From the NCBI GenBank assembly GCA_963720785.1, contig CAVRGQ010000008.1, positions 834,651 through 898,650 of the forward strand: DNA of 64,000 nucleotides, written 5' to 3'. This DNA comes from an uncultured Actinomycetes bacterium. Its GTDB lineage: Bacteria > Actinomycetota > Acidimicrobiia > IMCC26256 > DASPTH01. Shown here piece after piece: positions 28,394 through 37,459 of the stretch. The notes under the pieces were generated by a model that saw only the letters and a list, made by a program, of their open reading frames with translations, was not told the origin of the DNA and did no database searches. The position numbers and the translations under genes are program-made. The first letter of the stretch is position 1, and each line of letters begins with the position of its first letter.

Positions 28394-30808
28394 TCAAATA
28401 TCGATCTGGTCTTCTTCGGTGAGGTCCTTGCGTTCGCGCACGGGGAGGCGGCCGAAGCCCGCGGGAGGCTCACGCCACGCGGGCGGCGGGTAGCCCGCCT
28501 CGGCGTCGCGGATCGCCCGCCACACCTTCTCGGGGGTGAGCGGCATGTCGAGGTGGCGCACCCCGAGGTGGCTGAGCGCGTCGACCACCGCGTTCTGCAC
28601 CGCGGGCGTGCTGCCGACCGTGGCGGACTCGCCGATGCCCTTGGCGCCGAGCGGGTTGAGCGGCGACGGGGTCTCCGTGTGCGCAACTTCCCAGTGCCTG
28701 AACTCCGCTGCGCTCGGGAGCGCGTACTCCGCGAGGGTCGACGTGATCGGGTTGCCGTCGTCGTCGTAGACGAAGTGCTCGTAGAGCGCCTGCGAGATCC
28801 CTGACGCGAGGCCGCCGTGCACCTGGCCGTCGACGAGCATCGGGTTGATGATGCGCCCGCAGTCGTCGACCGCGATGTGGCGCACGAGGTCGACCTCGCC
28901 GGTCTCACGGTCGATCTCGACCACGGACACGTGCGCGCCGAACGGGAAGGTGGCGCCGATGGCCTTGAAGTCGTACTCGGCCGAGAGGGGCTCGCCCTGC
29001 CCGGCGGCCTCGGTGGCGACCTCGGCCCACGTGAACGACTTCGACGGCGTGCCCGCGACCGCGAGCCCGCCGTCGCCGGTGACGACGATGTCCTCCGGTG
29101 CGGCCTCGAGCATCCCGGCTGCGATGTGCCGGGCGCGGTCGAGGACGGTGTGCGCGGCGCCGAGCACGGCGCTGCCCGCGAGCTGCAACGAGCGCGAGCC
29201 ACCGGTGCCGCTGCCGCGCGGCACCTGCGCGGTGTCGGACTGGATGAAGGTGATCTTGTCGATCTCGATGCCGAGCTCGCCCGCGACGATCTGCGAGTAC
29301 GCGGTGGCGTGGCCCTGCCCGTGGGCTGACGTACCCGCCTTCACCGTGGCCGTGCCGTCGCCGTGCACCTCGACCTGGCCGTACTCGCCACTGCCCTGCG
29401 CGGTGATCTCGACGTAGACGGCCATGCCGATGCCGAGCAGCTTGACGTAGTCGCGCGCGCCGTCCTGTTCACGACGCCGAGCCTGCTCCGCGAGCAACGC
29501 GTCGTAGCCCGCGATGCGCAGCGCCTCGGTGAGCGCCTTGTCGTACTCGCCGACGTCGTAGGTGACGCCGCTGAGAGTGGTGAAGGGGAACTCCTCGGGA
29601 CGGATGAAGTTGCGCCGCCGCAGCTCCGCCGGGTCGATGCCCAACTCGTCGGCCGCGAGGTCCATCGCCCGCTCGATGAGCGCGGCCGCCTCCGGACGCC
29701 CGGCGCCGCGGTACGCGCCCAGCGGCGCGGTGTTGGTGACCACCGCCGCGCCGTCGAAGCCGATCTTGGGGATGTGGTACACGCCCTGCGCCATCATGCG
29801 CGTCGGGCCGTTGGCGAACATGCCGCCGAAACCGCCGTACGCGCCGGAGTCGCCGACCACCTGGCAGCGCAGACCGACGATCGTGCCGTCCTTGTGGAGA
29901 CCGAGCTCGACGTACTGCACCTGACCGCGCCCGTGCGGCAGCGTGAGCATGTTCTCGGATCGGCCCTCGATGAACTTCACCGGGCGGCCGAGGTCGAGCG
30001 CGAGGCGCGTGGCCACGATGCCCTCTGGCGACCAGTGCTTGCCGCCGAACGAACCACCCACGTGCGGCGCGATGAGCCGCACCTGCTCGGGCTCGAGCCC
30101 GAACTGCTGGGCGATGCGGCCGCGGATCATGTGCGGCATCTGGCACGCGAGGTACACGGTGAGGCGGAACTCGTCGCCCTCGGCGCCGGGGATCACGGCG
30201 AGCGCGGAACCCTCCATCGGGACCACCGCGACGCGCTGGTTCTCGAACCGGCCGCGCACGACCACGTCGGCGCCCGCGAGCGGGTCGTAGCCGTCGGGCT
30301 CGCGCTGGCCGAACACGAGGTTCGTGCCGATGTCGTCGTAGAGCACGGGGGCCGACTCGTCCATCGCGAACTCGAAGTCGACGACCGGCGGCAGCGGCTC
30401 GTAGTCGACCACCACCAGCTCGGCGGCGTCGATCGCCTGCAACTTCGTCTCCGCGGCGACCACGGCGATCGCGTCGCCCACGTAGCGGACGCGACCCTTG
30501 GCGAGTGGGTGGTGCACCACCGCGGGGTTCAGCGCCATGAGGCCGGTGTGCGGTGGGAGGTCGAAGTCGTCGCTCGTCCACACCCCGACGACACCCGGCA
30601 TCTCGCGCGCCTCGGACACGTCGACGCCGGTGATCTCCGCGTGCGCAACGGTGGAGCGCACGAACGCGAGGTGCACGACGTCGGGGAGGTCGAGATTGTC
30701 GATGAAGGTGCCCTCACCACGCAGCAGCGCGGGGTCCTCGACGCGGCGGACGGGCGCGCCGACCAGCGAGCCGGCTCCGAACGGTGTGGTCCCGGCAGTG
30801 GCGGTCAT
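28394..30808 (-). CDS. Xanthine dehydrogenase family molybdopterin subunit (form II CoxL-like)
   Basis: '[12 protein letters not shown]', 'VGGSFGGK', active-site loop 'AYRGAGR', 'HGQGH', 'VDDCG..INP..V.GQ.HGG', 'GAKGIGE'. Confidence 0.93.
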   Translation of the reverse strand: MTATAGTTPFGAGSLVGAPVRRVEDPALLRGEGTFIDNLDLPDVVHLAFVRSTVAHAEITGVDVSEAREMPGVVGVWTSDDFDLPPHTGLMALNPAVVHHPLAKGRVRYVGDAIAVVAAETKLQAIDAAELVVVDYEPLPPVVDFEFAMDESAPVLYDDIGTNLVFGQREPDGYDPLAGADVVVRGRFENQRVAVVPMEGSALAVIPGAEGDEFRLTVYLACQMPHMIRGRIAQQFGLEPEQVRLIAPHVGGSFGGKHWSPEGIVATRLALDLGRPVKFIEGRSENMLTLPHGRGQVQYVELGLHKDGTIVGLRCQVVGDSGAYGGFGGMFANGPTRMMAQGVYHIPKIGFDGAAVVTNTAPLGAYRGAGRPEAAALIERAMDLAADELGIDPAELRRRNFIRPEEFPFTTLSGVTYDVGEYDKALTEALRIAGYDALLAEQARRREQDGARDYVKLLGIGMAVYVEITAQGSGEYGQVEVHGDGTATVKAGTSAHGQGHATAYSQIVAGELGIEIDKITFIQSDTAQVPRGSGTGGSRSLQLAGSAVLGAAHTVLDRARHIAAGMLEAAPEDIVVTGDGGLAVAGTPSKSFTWAEVATEAAGQGEPLSAEYDFKAIGATFPFGAHVSVVEIDRETGEVDLVRHIAVDDCGRIINPMLVDGQVHGGLASGISQALYEHFVYDDDGNPITSTLAEYALPSAAEFRHWEVAHTETPSPLNPLGAKGIGESATVGSTPAVQNAVVDALSHLGVRHLDMPLTPEKVWRAIRDAEAGYPPPAWREPPAGFGRLPVRERKDLTEEDQIDI

Positions 30809-31644
30809 CGTTGCGCTCCCGGGCCGTTGGCGACGGTGGTGAGGGCCCGGCGCACGAGCACGCGTGCCAGGTGTTGGCGGTACTCGACCGACGCGTTGAG
30901 GTCGGCCGTGGGGTCGGTGCCGTCGGCGGCGTGCGCGGCGGCGTCCTCCGGCGAGGCCCCGGCGCGCAGCGCCTCCTCCACCGTGGCCGCGCGCAGCGGC
31001 TTCGACCCCATGTTCACCAGCGCGACACCGGGGTGGTCGCCGCCGACTGCGGCCACGCCGACGATCGCCCAGTCCTGGGCCCGCCGGTTGAATTTCTCGA
31101 ACGCCCAGCCGGCACCGTTCGTCTTCGGCACCCGCACCTCGGTGATCACCTCGTCGGGCGCGAGCGCAGTCTCGAGGAAGTCGACGAAGAAGTCGTCGGC
31201 CGCAATCGCGCGCTCGCCCTGCGGACCCTTGGCGACGATCGTTCCGCCGAGTGCCAACACCACGGCGGGCAGATCGGACGCGGGATCACCGTGGGCGAGC
31301 GAGCCGCCGAGCGTGCCCCGGTGGCGCACCTGCGGGTCACCGACCTGGCCGGCGGCGTGCCCGAGGAGGGGCACCGAGTCGCGCACGAGCGGATCGGTCT
31401 CGACATCGTGGTGACGGGTGAGCCCACCGATCGCGAGGTGGTCGCCGCCGTCGCGCACGTAGGCGAGGTCGGCGACGCGGGCGACGTCGATCAGCACCGT
31501 CGGCGTGGCGAGACGCAGCTTCATCAGCGGCAGCAGCGAGTGGCCACCCGCGATGAGCTTGGCCTCGTCGCCGTGCTCGGCGAGCAGCGCGACGGCGTCG
31601 TCGGCCGACTCCGCCCGGACGTACGAGAAGGAGGCGGGGATCAC
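30805..31644 (-). CDS. Molybdoenzyme FAD-binding subunit (CoxM-like)
   Basis: 'IPASFSYVRA', 'AKLIAGGHSLLPLMKLRLA', 'QVRHRGTLGGSLAHGDPASDLP'. Confidence 0.92.
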   Translation of the reverse strand: MIPASFSYVRAESADDAVALLAEHGDEAKLIAGGHSLLPLMKLRLATPTVLIDVARVADLAYVRDGGDHLAIGGLTRHHDVETDPLVRDSVPLLGHAAGQVGDPQVRHRGTLGGSLAHGDPASDLPAVVLALGGTIVAKGPQGERAIAADDFFVDFLETALAPDEVITEVRVPKTNGAGWAFEKFNRRAQDWAIVGVAAVGGDHPGVALVNMGSKPLRAATVEEALRAGASPEDAAAHAADGTDPTADLNASVEYRQHLARVLVRRALTTVANGPGAQR

Positions 31645-32168
31645 GTGGCGGCTCCCGTGTCGTCGCCCGCTGCGGGGCCGACCACCCCGGACATGGCGGC
31701 GGAGCCGGCCATGACCGCGGCGACGATGTTCTGGTAGCCGGTGCAGCGGCAGAGGTTGCCCTCGAGGCCCTCGCGCACCTCGCCCTCCGACAAGGCGCCC
31801 TGCTCCATCGCCAGCGACACCGACGCCATCACCATCCCCGGGGTGCAGTAGCCGCACTGGAGGCCGTGGTGCTCCCGGAACGCCTCCTGCATGGGGTGGA
31901 GGGTGTCACCATCGGCCAGACCCTCGATGGTGAGGACCTCGTGACCGTCGGCCTGGACCGAGAGCACCGTGCACGACTTCACCGACTCACCGTCGAGCAG
32001 CACCGTGCAGGCGCCGCACGAGGTGGTGTCGCACCCGATGTTGGTGCCGGTGAGCCCCACCACCTCCCGCAGGTAGTGGACCAGCAGCGTGCGCGCCTCC
32101 ACCGAGTTGCGGGTCCGCGTGCCGTTGACCGTGATCTCGACCTCGAGCGAGGACTGTTCTCTGGACAT
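31641..32168 (-). CDS. Molybdoenzyme 2Fe-2S subunit (CoxS-like)
   Basis: 'GCDTTSCGACTV', 'KSC', 'LQCGYCTPG', 'GNLCRCTGY'. Confidence 0.95.
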   Translation of the reverse strand: MSREQSSLEVEITVNGTRTRNSVEARTLLVHYLREVVGLTGTNIGCDTTSCGACTVLLDGESVKSCTVLSVQADGHEVLTIEGLADGDTLHPMQEAFREHHGLQCGYCTPGMVMASVSLAMEQGALSEGEVREGLEGNLCRCTGYQNIVAAVMAGSAAMSGVVGPAAGDDTGAAT

Positions 32169-32285
32169 GTGCCGGACCTTACTTTCCCCCGCGCTTTCCC
32201 CGCGGTGGCCGTATCCCGTCGCCGGCGCCGGACGTTGACCCGGATGAGCCGGCGTTTCCCGAGCCAGCGTTTCCCGGAGGTCGTC

Positions 32286-33155
32286 ATGCCCCAGCACCGC
32301 CGCCGCCCCCGCAGAGTCGCCCGCGCCGCCCGCGTACTGCTCACCACCCTCTCGGTGGTCGGGGTCGCCGCGGCCACGCTGCTGGCGGGGGCCGCCCCCG
32401 CCGTGGCCGACCCGCAGGTTCCGTTCGTGCAGGACGTCTACGCCCGCACCCACTTGGCGAAGTCCGGCATCGACGTGACGGTGCCACCCGGCACCTTCAC
32501 CGGCACCATCGACCTCGCGACCGGCGAGGAGACCGGCACCCTCGATCTCCCGCCGGCCACGATCACCATGAACTTGTTCGGCCTGCTGCCGGTGGCCGAC
32601 GCGACGTTCGTCATGGCGCCGACGGGACCGGTGCGCGGCCACGTCGACCTCGAGACCTTCACGGTGGACTCGAGCGCGTCGTTCAATGTCCGGCTGGCGC
32701 GGCTCACCCCGCACGGCACCGACGTGAACCTCGTCGGCGACACGTGCCGCACCGCCACGCCCATCACCGTCGCGATGCACGGCGTGGTGAACCCCGCAAC
32801 CGGCGGCACCTTCGCCAGCACGTACACGATCCCGAAGTTCGAGGGCTGCGGCGCGCTGACGTCGGCGATCACTGCGTTCGTGTCGGGACCAGGCAACACC
32901 TTCGTCTCGAGCTTCGCGCCGCACGGTTCGCCACCGCCGGCCGCACCCGCGAGCGACCCTCCCGCGCCCGCGGCGAGCGCGCACGTCGACGCCTCCGTGT
33001 CGGTCGAGACGCCCGGCGTACCGCCGACCACCGTCGAGATCTCGCGGGAACTGACGCTGCCCGCCGCGCCGCCGATGGTCACCGCCACTCCCGCCTCCTC
33101 GTCCCCGAGCCCGCTGCCGCCGCTCCCACTCCCGATGCCCGGCTTGCTGCCCTGA
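32286..33155 (+). CDS. Secreted hypothetical protein with Pro-rich tail
   Basis: Arg-rich signal peptide ending AVA-D; beta-rich domain 'C...ITV...GGTF...YTIPKF.GCG.LT..I...VSGPGN'; GGAGG RBS. Confidence 0.7.
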   Translation: MPQHRRRPRRVARAARVLLTTLSVVGVAAATLLAGAAPAVADPQVPFVQDVYARTHLAKSGIDVTVPPGTFTGTIDLATGEETGTLDLPPATITMNLFGLLPVADATFVMAPTGPVRGHVDLETFTVDSSASFNVRLARLTPHGTDVNLVGDTCRTATPITVAMHGVVNPATGGTFASTYTIPKFEGCGALTSAITAFVSGPGNTFVSSFAPHGSPPPAAPASDPPAPAASAHVDASVSVETPGVPPTTVEISRELTLPAAPPMVTATPASSSPSPLPPLPLPMPGLLP

Positions 33156-33193
33156 CCATCGGCATCCCGGCACGGCGCGTCTACCGTGCCGGG

Positions 33194-33496
33194 ATGCTGA
33201 TCGACGACCCCGACGTCCTGGCCGACGTGCGCGCCGAGTTCGAGCGTTACGAGCGTGCGCTCGTCGCCAACGACCGCGAGGTACTGGTCGACTTCTTCCT
33301 CGACTCCCCCACCACGGTGCGCTACGGCATCGACGACGCGCAGTACGGCCACGAGGAGCTCGCAGCGTTCCGGCGGTCGCAGGCGGTGGCGACTCCGCCA
33401 CGTGACCTGCAGCGCACGGTGATCACGACGTTCGGGAGCGACCTCGCCGTGACGAACACCGAGTTCGTCCCCCACGGCAGCGACGCGGTGGGTCGC
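33194..33496 (+). pseudogene. AtzH-like (DUF3225) protein truncated at C-terminus
   Basis: 'IDDPDVLADVRAEFERYERALVAND...TVRYG...YGHEELAAFR...TVITTFG.D.A..NTEF...GR' breaks off before the expected 'QSQTW...W.IV.AHVS' end. Confidence 0.8.
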
Positions 33497-33501
33497 TTTG
33501 C

Positions 33502-33753
33502 GCTTTCGACGACCACGAGGTGCTCGCCATGCCGACGGTTCCGGTCATCGCGCCGCTCGTCACCGGCTTCGCCGAGTACCTGATGGTGCTCGCCCGCAAT
33601 GCGATCCCGTGGAGCCTCGTGGGCTTCCCGGCGATCAGCGTGCCGGTGGGGCGCGTCGACGGCCTGCCCGTCGGCCTGCAGCTCGTCGCACCCCCGCACT
33701 GCGAGGACCGCCTCGTCGAGGTCGGTCGCATGGTCGAGCAGACCCTCCGCTGA
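33502..33753 (+). pseudogene. Amidase family, C-terminal fragment only
   Basis: 'FDDHEVLAMPTVP...PWSLVGFPAISVPVG...LPVGLQLVAP...EDRL'; no amidase-signature region upstream. Confidence 0.8.
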
Positions 33754-34602
33754 TCAGGCGACGCGCGTGAGCTCCACCGTCACCCGCAGGGAGCGGCCGG
33801 GACCGCCGTGGAACACGCCCTTGAGCGGCGTGACGTCGGTGTAGTCGCGACCGCGGGCCACGAGCACGTGGCGCTCCGCGACCGCGGCGCCGCTCGTGGG
33901 GTCCACCGGGTGCCAGTCGCCGACCCAGGCGTCGAGCCAGGCGTGGCTCTCCCCCTCGAACGTGACGCCGATCTCGCCGCCGAGCGCCGGGTACAGGTAG
34001 CCCGACGCGTAGCGGGCCGGGATCCCCGCGGCGCGCAACACGGCGATGCCGAGGTGCACGTAGTCCTGGCAGACCCCGCGCCCGTTGCGCAGCACCTCGG
34101 CCGCGGTGGTGTACACGTTGGTGCTGCCCGACTCGTAGGTCACGTGGCCGCGCAGCCACTCGCCGAGGTGCACGAGCGCGTCCGCAGGCGTCGCGCACGT
34201 CTCGCGCAGGCCGGCGGCGACTTCGAGGATCGCATCGTCGGGCTCGGTCACCGCGGTGGCGCCGAGGTACTCGAAGAAGCGGTCGATCATGCCGGGCGCG
34301 TCGATCGCCGCCCAGGTGACCGAGGTGTCGAGGCTGGGGGTGCGTTCCGCGGTCTCGACCAACGAGGTGCCGATGATCTCGAGCTCGGTGTGCTCGTGGT
34401 GCAGGTCGAAGGCGTGCACGCGACTGCCCCAGTAGTCGCGGTAGCGGAACAGGTTCGCCGCCGGCGCCACCTCGACGCGGTGCTCCAGCGTGAACTGGCT
34501 GGGCGTGTCGAGCGGCGAGATGCGCGCCTCGTTGTACGACGCGTGCACCGGCGCCTCGTAGTGGTAGTGGGTCGTGTGCTTCACCTTCATGCGCCAGGAC
34601 AC
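33754..34602 (-). CDS. Transglutaminase family protein (Bact_transglu_N + core)
   Basis: 'HTTHYHY..PV.ASYNEAR..P', 'YRDYWG'; triad motifs 'GVCQDYVH', 'SHAW', 'DPT'; 'GRDY.DV.PLKG'. Confidence 0.93.
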   Translation of the reverse strand: MSWRMKVKHTTHYHYEAPVHASYNEARISPLDTPSQFTLEHRVEVAPAANLFRYRDYWGSRVHAFDLHHEHTELEIIGTSLVETAERTPSLDTSVTWAAIDAPGMIDRFFEYLGATAVTEPDDAILEVAAGLRETCATPADALVHLGEWLRGHVTYESGSTNVYTTAAEVLRNGRGVCQDYVHLGIAVLRAAGIPARYASGYLYPALGGEIGVTFEGESHAWLDAWVGDWHPVDPTSGAAVAERHVLVARGRDYTDVTPLKGVFHGGPGRSLRVTVELTRVA

Positions 34603-34603
34603 G

Positions 34604-35536
34604 TCACACGCTCCACTCGATGACCCGGGTCTCGCGGAAGTAGCGACGCGAGATCGCGCTGTGCACGTCGGCGCACCCCGCCTGGATGCCGGCGAGGAGG
34701 CGGGGCAGGTCGTCCATGGCGTCGTCGAGGCGCAGGAACTCCAGTTCTGCGCACTGACGACCGAGATGGCGACGTGCTTCGTCGTCGACGCCGGCACGCG
34801 CCGCGCGTGGATCGAGGTCGCCGAGACACTGCTCGGCCGTGGTGAGCGCGTGGTACACCGAGCGCGGGAACAGCCGGTCGAGCAACAGGAACTCCACCGC
34901 ACTCGATGCATCGACCGCGTGTTTGTAGGCGCGCAGATAGGCCTCGTAGGCCGAACACGTGCGCAACGTGGTGGTCCACCCGGTGCGGCCGAACGCGTCG
35001 CCGTAGCGCGCCGAGAGCAGTCGCGTCGTCATGTCGGCGCGTTCGAGACAGCGGCCGACGGTGAGGAAGCGCCAGCCGTCGTCGCGGCTCATCGTGGCGT
35101 CGATGATCCCGTTGCAGGCCGCCGCCCGGTCGCGCACCCACAGGAAGAAATCGTGACGCGCCACGCCGCCACCGGCGCGCGCGCGGCGCGACAGTTCGCG
35201 GTGCGTGGTGTTCAGGGTCTCCCACAGCTCCGACGACAAGGCTTCGCGCGCGCCGCGCGCGTTCTCCCAGGCCGCGTCGATCGAGCACGTGATCGATCCC
35301 GAGAAGGTGGGGTCGAGCGCCAGGAGCGCGGTGACGGTGCCGGCATCGGGCTCTTCGCCGACCGCCTCGGGCGTCGCGCCCATCGCGTCGAGCAGCGCAC
35401 GGCACACCGAGGCCTCGTCGGCGCGGCGGTCCTCCAAGAGGAGGTGGTAGTGCACGTCGAGCAGGCGCGCGGTGTCCTCGGCGCGCTCCACGTAGCGACC
35501 GATCCAGTAGAGCGACTCGGCAATGCGACTCAGCAC
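34604..35536 (-). CDS. Alpha-E domain-containing protein (DUF403)
   Basis: 'LSRIAESLYWIGRYVERAEDTARLLDV', 'ENARGARE.LSSELWE.LN', 'GRCLERADMTTRLL', 'FPRSV'. Confidence 0.93.
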   Translation of the reverse strand: MLSRIAESLYWIGRYVERAEDTARLLDVHYHLLLEDRRADEASVCRALLDAMGATPEAVGEEPDAGTVTALLALDPTFSGSITCSIDAAWENARGAREALSSELWETLNTTHRELSRRARAGGGVARHDFFLWVRDRAAACNGIIDATMSRDDGWRFLTVGRCLERADMTTRLLSARYGDAFGRTGWTTTLRTCSAYEAYLRAYKHAVDASSAVEFLLLDRLFPRSVYHALTTAEQCLGDLDPRAARAGVDDEARRHLGRQCAELEFLRLDDAMDDLPRLLAGIQAGCADVHSAISRRYFRETRVIEWSV

Positions 35537-37161
35537 GGGACGCCTCCTTCGTTCATGATCGCTCCGCGCCCGCGCTCTCCGCCCTGGTTCTGCTGTTGTT
35601 GCTGCTGCTGCGCGTCCTGTTCGGGGAGCGGCCCGATCATCGGCGCCTTCGCCGTGCGACCGGCGGCCGACGAGCCGTTGACGGACGCGGGCACCACCGA
35701 GGCGGGCGACACCTCGCGCCCGTGGTCGGCCGCCGCCAGCACCCAGGTGTCCTTCGAACCGCCACCCTGGCTGGAGTTCACGATCAGGCTCTCCGCCGGG
35801 AGCGCAACGCGGGTGAGCCCGCCCGGCGCCACCCACACGTTGCGCCCGTCGTTCACCGCGAACGGGCGGAGGTCGAGGTGGCGCGGCCCCATGCCGCCGT
35901 CGACGAAGGTGGGCGCGGTGGAGAGCGCGACCGGCTGCTGGGCGATCCACCCGCGCGGGTCGGCCAGGATCTTGCCGCGCAGCTCCGAGAGCTCCTCGTC
36001 GCTCGCCACCGGGCCGATGACGATGCCCTTGCCGCCGGAACCGTCGACCGGCTTGAGCACCAGCTCGTCGAGATGCGTGACCACCCATTCGCACACCTCG
36101 GCATCCTCGAGGCGGTACGTCTCGACGTTGGCCAGGATCGGCACCTCGCCGAGGTAGTACTCGATCATCGCCGGCACGAAGGGGTACACGGCCTTGTCGT
36201 CGGCCACGCCGTTGCCCGGCGCGTTGGCGATGGTGACGTTGCCGGCGCGCGCGGCGTTGAGGATCCCCGCGCAGCCGAGCACCGACTCCGGCTTGAAGTG
36301 CAGCGGGTCGAGGAAGTCGTCGTCGACGCGCCGGTACACCACGTCGACGCGCTGCTCGCCCCCGGTGGTGCGCATGTAGACGCGCTGGTCGCGGCACACG
36401 AGGTCGCGGCCTTCGACCAATTCCACCCCCATCTGCCGGGCGAGGAACGAATGCTCGAAGTAGGCGGAGTTGTGGATGCCGGGCGTGAGCACGACCACGC
36501 ACGGGTCGTCGACGCCCGGGGGCGCCGTGGCCCGGAACGCCTCGAGCAGGCGCAGGGGGTAGTCGGCGACGCGCCGGATCCGGTGGCTGGCGAACAGCTC
36601 CGGGAACACGTGGGTCATCGCGCGCCGGTTCTCGATCACGTACGAGATACCCGACGGCGTCCGCAGGTTGTCCTCCAGCACGCGGAAGGCACCGGCGGCG
36701 TCGCGCACCAGGTCGACCCCGGCCACGTGGATGCGCACCCCGCCCGCAGGTTCGAGCAGCGCGGCGCATCGGTGGAAGTGCGACGAGCTGGCCACCAGGC
36801 GCCGCGGCACCACGCCGTCGGCGAGGATCTCGCCCGGCCCGTAGACGTCGGCGAGGAAGCGCTCGAGCGCGAGCACGCGCTGGCGCACCCCCGCCTCGAC
36901 CACCGCCCACTCCTCGGCATCGATGATCCGGGGAACCAGGTCGAGCGGGAAGGGCCGCTCCTCACCCCCACCCAGGGAGAAGGTGATGCCCTGGTCGCGG
37001 AAGGCCCGGTCGCGCGCGGCGCAGCGGGCCTCGAAGTCGTCCCGCGACAGCGTGCCGAGCACACGGTGCAGCGACCGGTAGTGGGAGCGGGGCTCGCCCT
37101 CGCTCGCGTACATCTCGTCCCACGCGGCGGCCGGGCGGTACCCCTGGAGGAGGTCGGTCAC
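35530..37161 (-). CDS. Circularly permuted type 2 ATP-grasp protein (DUF404/DUF407)
   Basis: 'ERPFPLDLVPR', 'VLEDNLRTPSGISY', 'NSAYFEHSFLA', 'VYRRVDDDFLDP', 'GNGVADDK', 'VLKPVDGSGG.G', 'VNSSQGGGSKDTWV'. Start 37161 (or 37167). Confidence 0.95.
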   Translation of the reverse strand: MTDLLQGYRPAAAWDEMYASEGEPRSHYRSLHRVLGTLSRDDFEARCAARDRAFRDQGITFSLGGGEERPFPLDLVPRIIDAEEWAVVEAGVRQRVLALERFLADVYGPGEILADGVVPRRLVASSSHFHRCAALLEPAGGVRIHVAGVDLVRDAAGAFRVLEDNLRTPSGISYVIENRRAMTHVFPELFASHRIRRVADYPLRLLEAFRATAPPGVDDPCVVVLTPGIHNSAYFEHSFLARQMGVELVEGRDLVCRDQRVYMRTTGGEQRVDVVYRRVDDDFLDPLHFKPESVLGCAGILNAARAGNVTIANAPGNGVADDKAVYPFVPAMIEYYLGEVPILANVETYRLEDAEVCEWVVTHLDELVLKPVDGSGGKGIVIGPVASDEELSELRGKILADPRGWIAQQPVALSTAPTFVDGGMGPRHLDLRPFAVNDGRNVWVAPGGLTRVALPAESLIVNSSQGGGSKDTWVLAAADHGREVSPASVVPASVNGSSAAGRTAKAPMIGPLPEQDAQQQQQQQNQGGERGRGAIMNEGGVPC

Positions 37162-37183
37162 GGGCACAGTCTCCCGGCCGACC

Positions 37184-37210
37184 GTTTCCGGCTGGTTACG
37201 GCACCTTGAC
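37184..37210 (-). promoter_or_regulatory. GlnR box: GTCAA-N6-GTAAC-N6-GAAAC
   Basis: Minus strand reads GTCAA GGTGCC GTAAC CAGCCG GAAAC, matching the actinobacterial gTnAc-n6-GaAAc consensus; a -10-like GAGACT follows, 6 nt before GTG 37161. Confidence 0.65.
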
Positions 37211-37373
37211 GGCCGGGGTCCACTTCCGCGCGCCTGTGAGAGGGCTGGGAATCGGTCGGAACCCCTCGAGTGGGCTCGGCGTTGGTCGGAGACAAGGACT
37301 CACCGTACCGGGGCTCCCCGAATTCGGCCGCTCGTTCCCGGCCGCTCGTTCCGGACCTGTGTTTCGACCGCTT

Positions 37374-37401
37374 TCTTGACCCGCTCTTACCCGCCTCTCA
37401 C
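37374..37401 (+). promoter_or_regulatory. Three 11-bp-period direct repeats (OmpR/PhoB-family, MprA-like boxes)
   Basis: TCTTGA-N5-TCTTAC-N5-TCTCAC about 60 nt upstream of ATG 37460. Confidence 0.5.
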
Positions 37402-37459
37402 ACCCCGTTGGGGGGCGGTCCATACCTTCGGACCCAGACGTTCGCAGAGGGAGCAACCA

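Noticed and set aside
28394-32168. Aerobic CO dehydrogenase (form I coxMSL)
   Set aside because: Active-site loop is AYRGAGR, not AYxCSFR; gene order differs and coxDEFG accessory genes are absent.
31641-33401. 586-aa N-terminally extended CoxS
   Set aside because: The extension is the antisense of the secreted-protein gene; the 2Fe-2S domain starts at about 32168.
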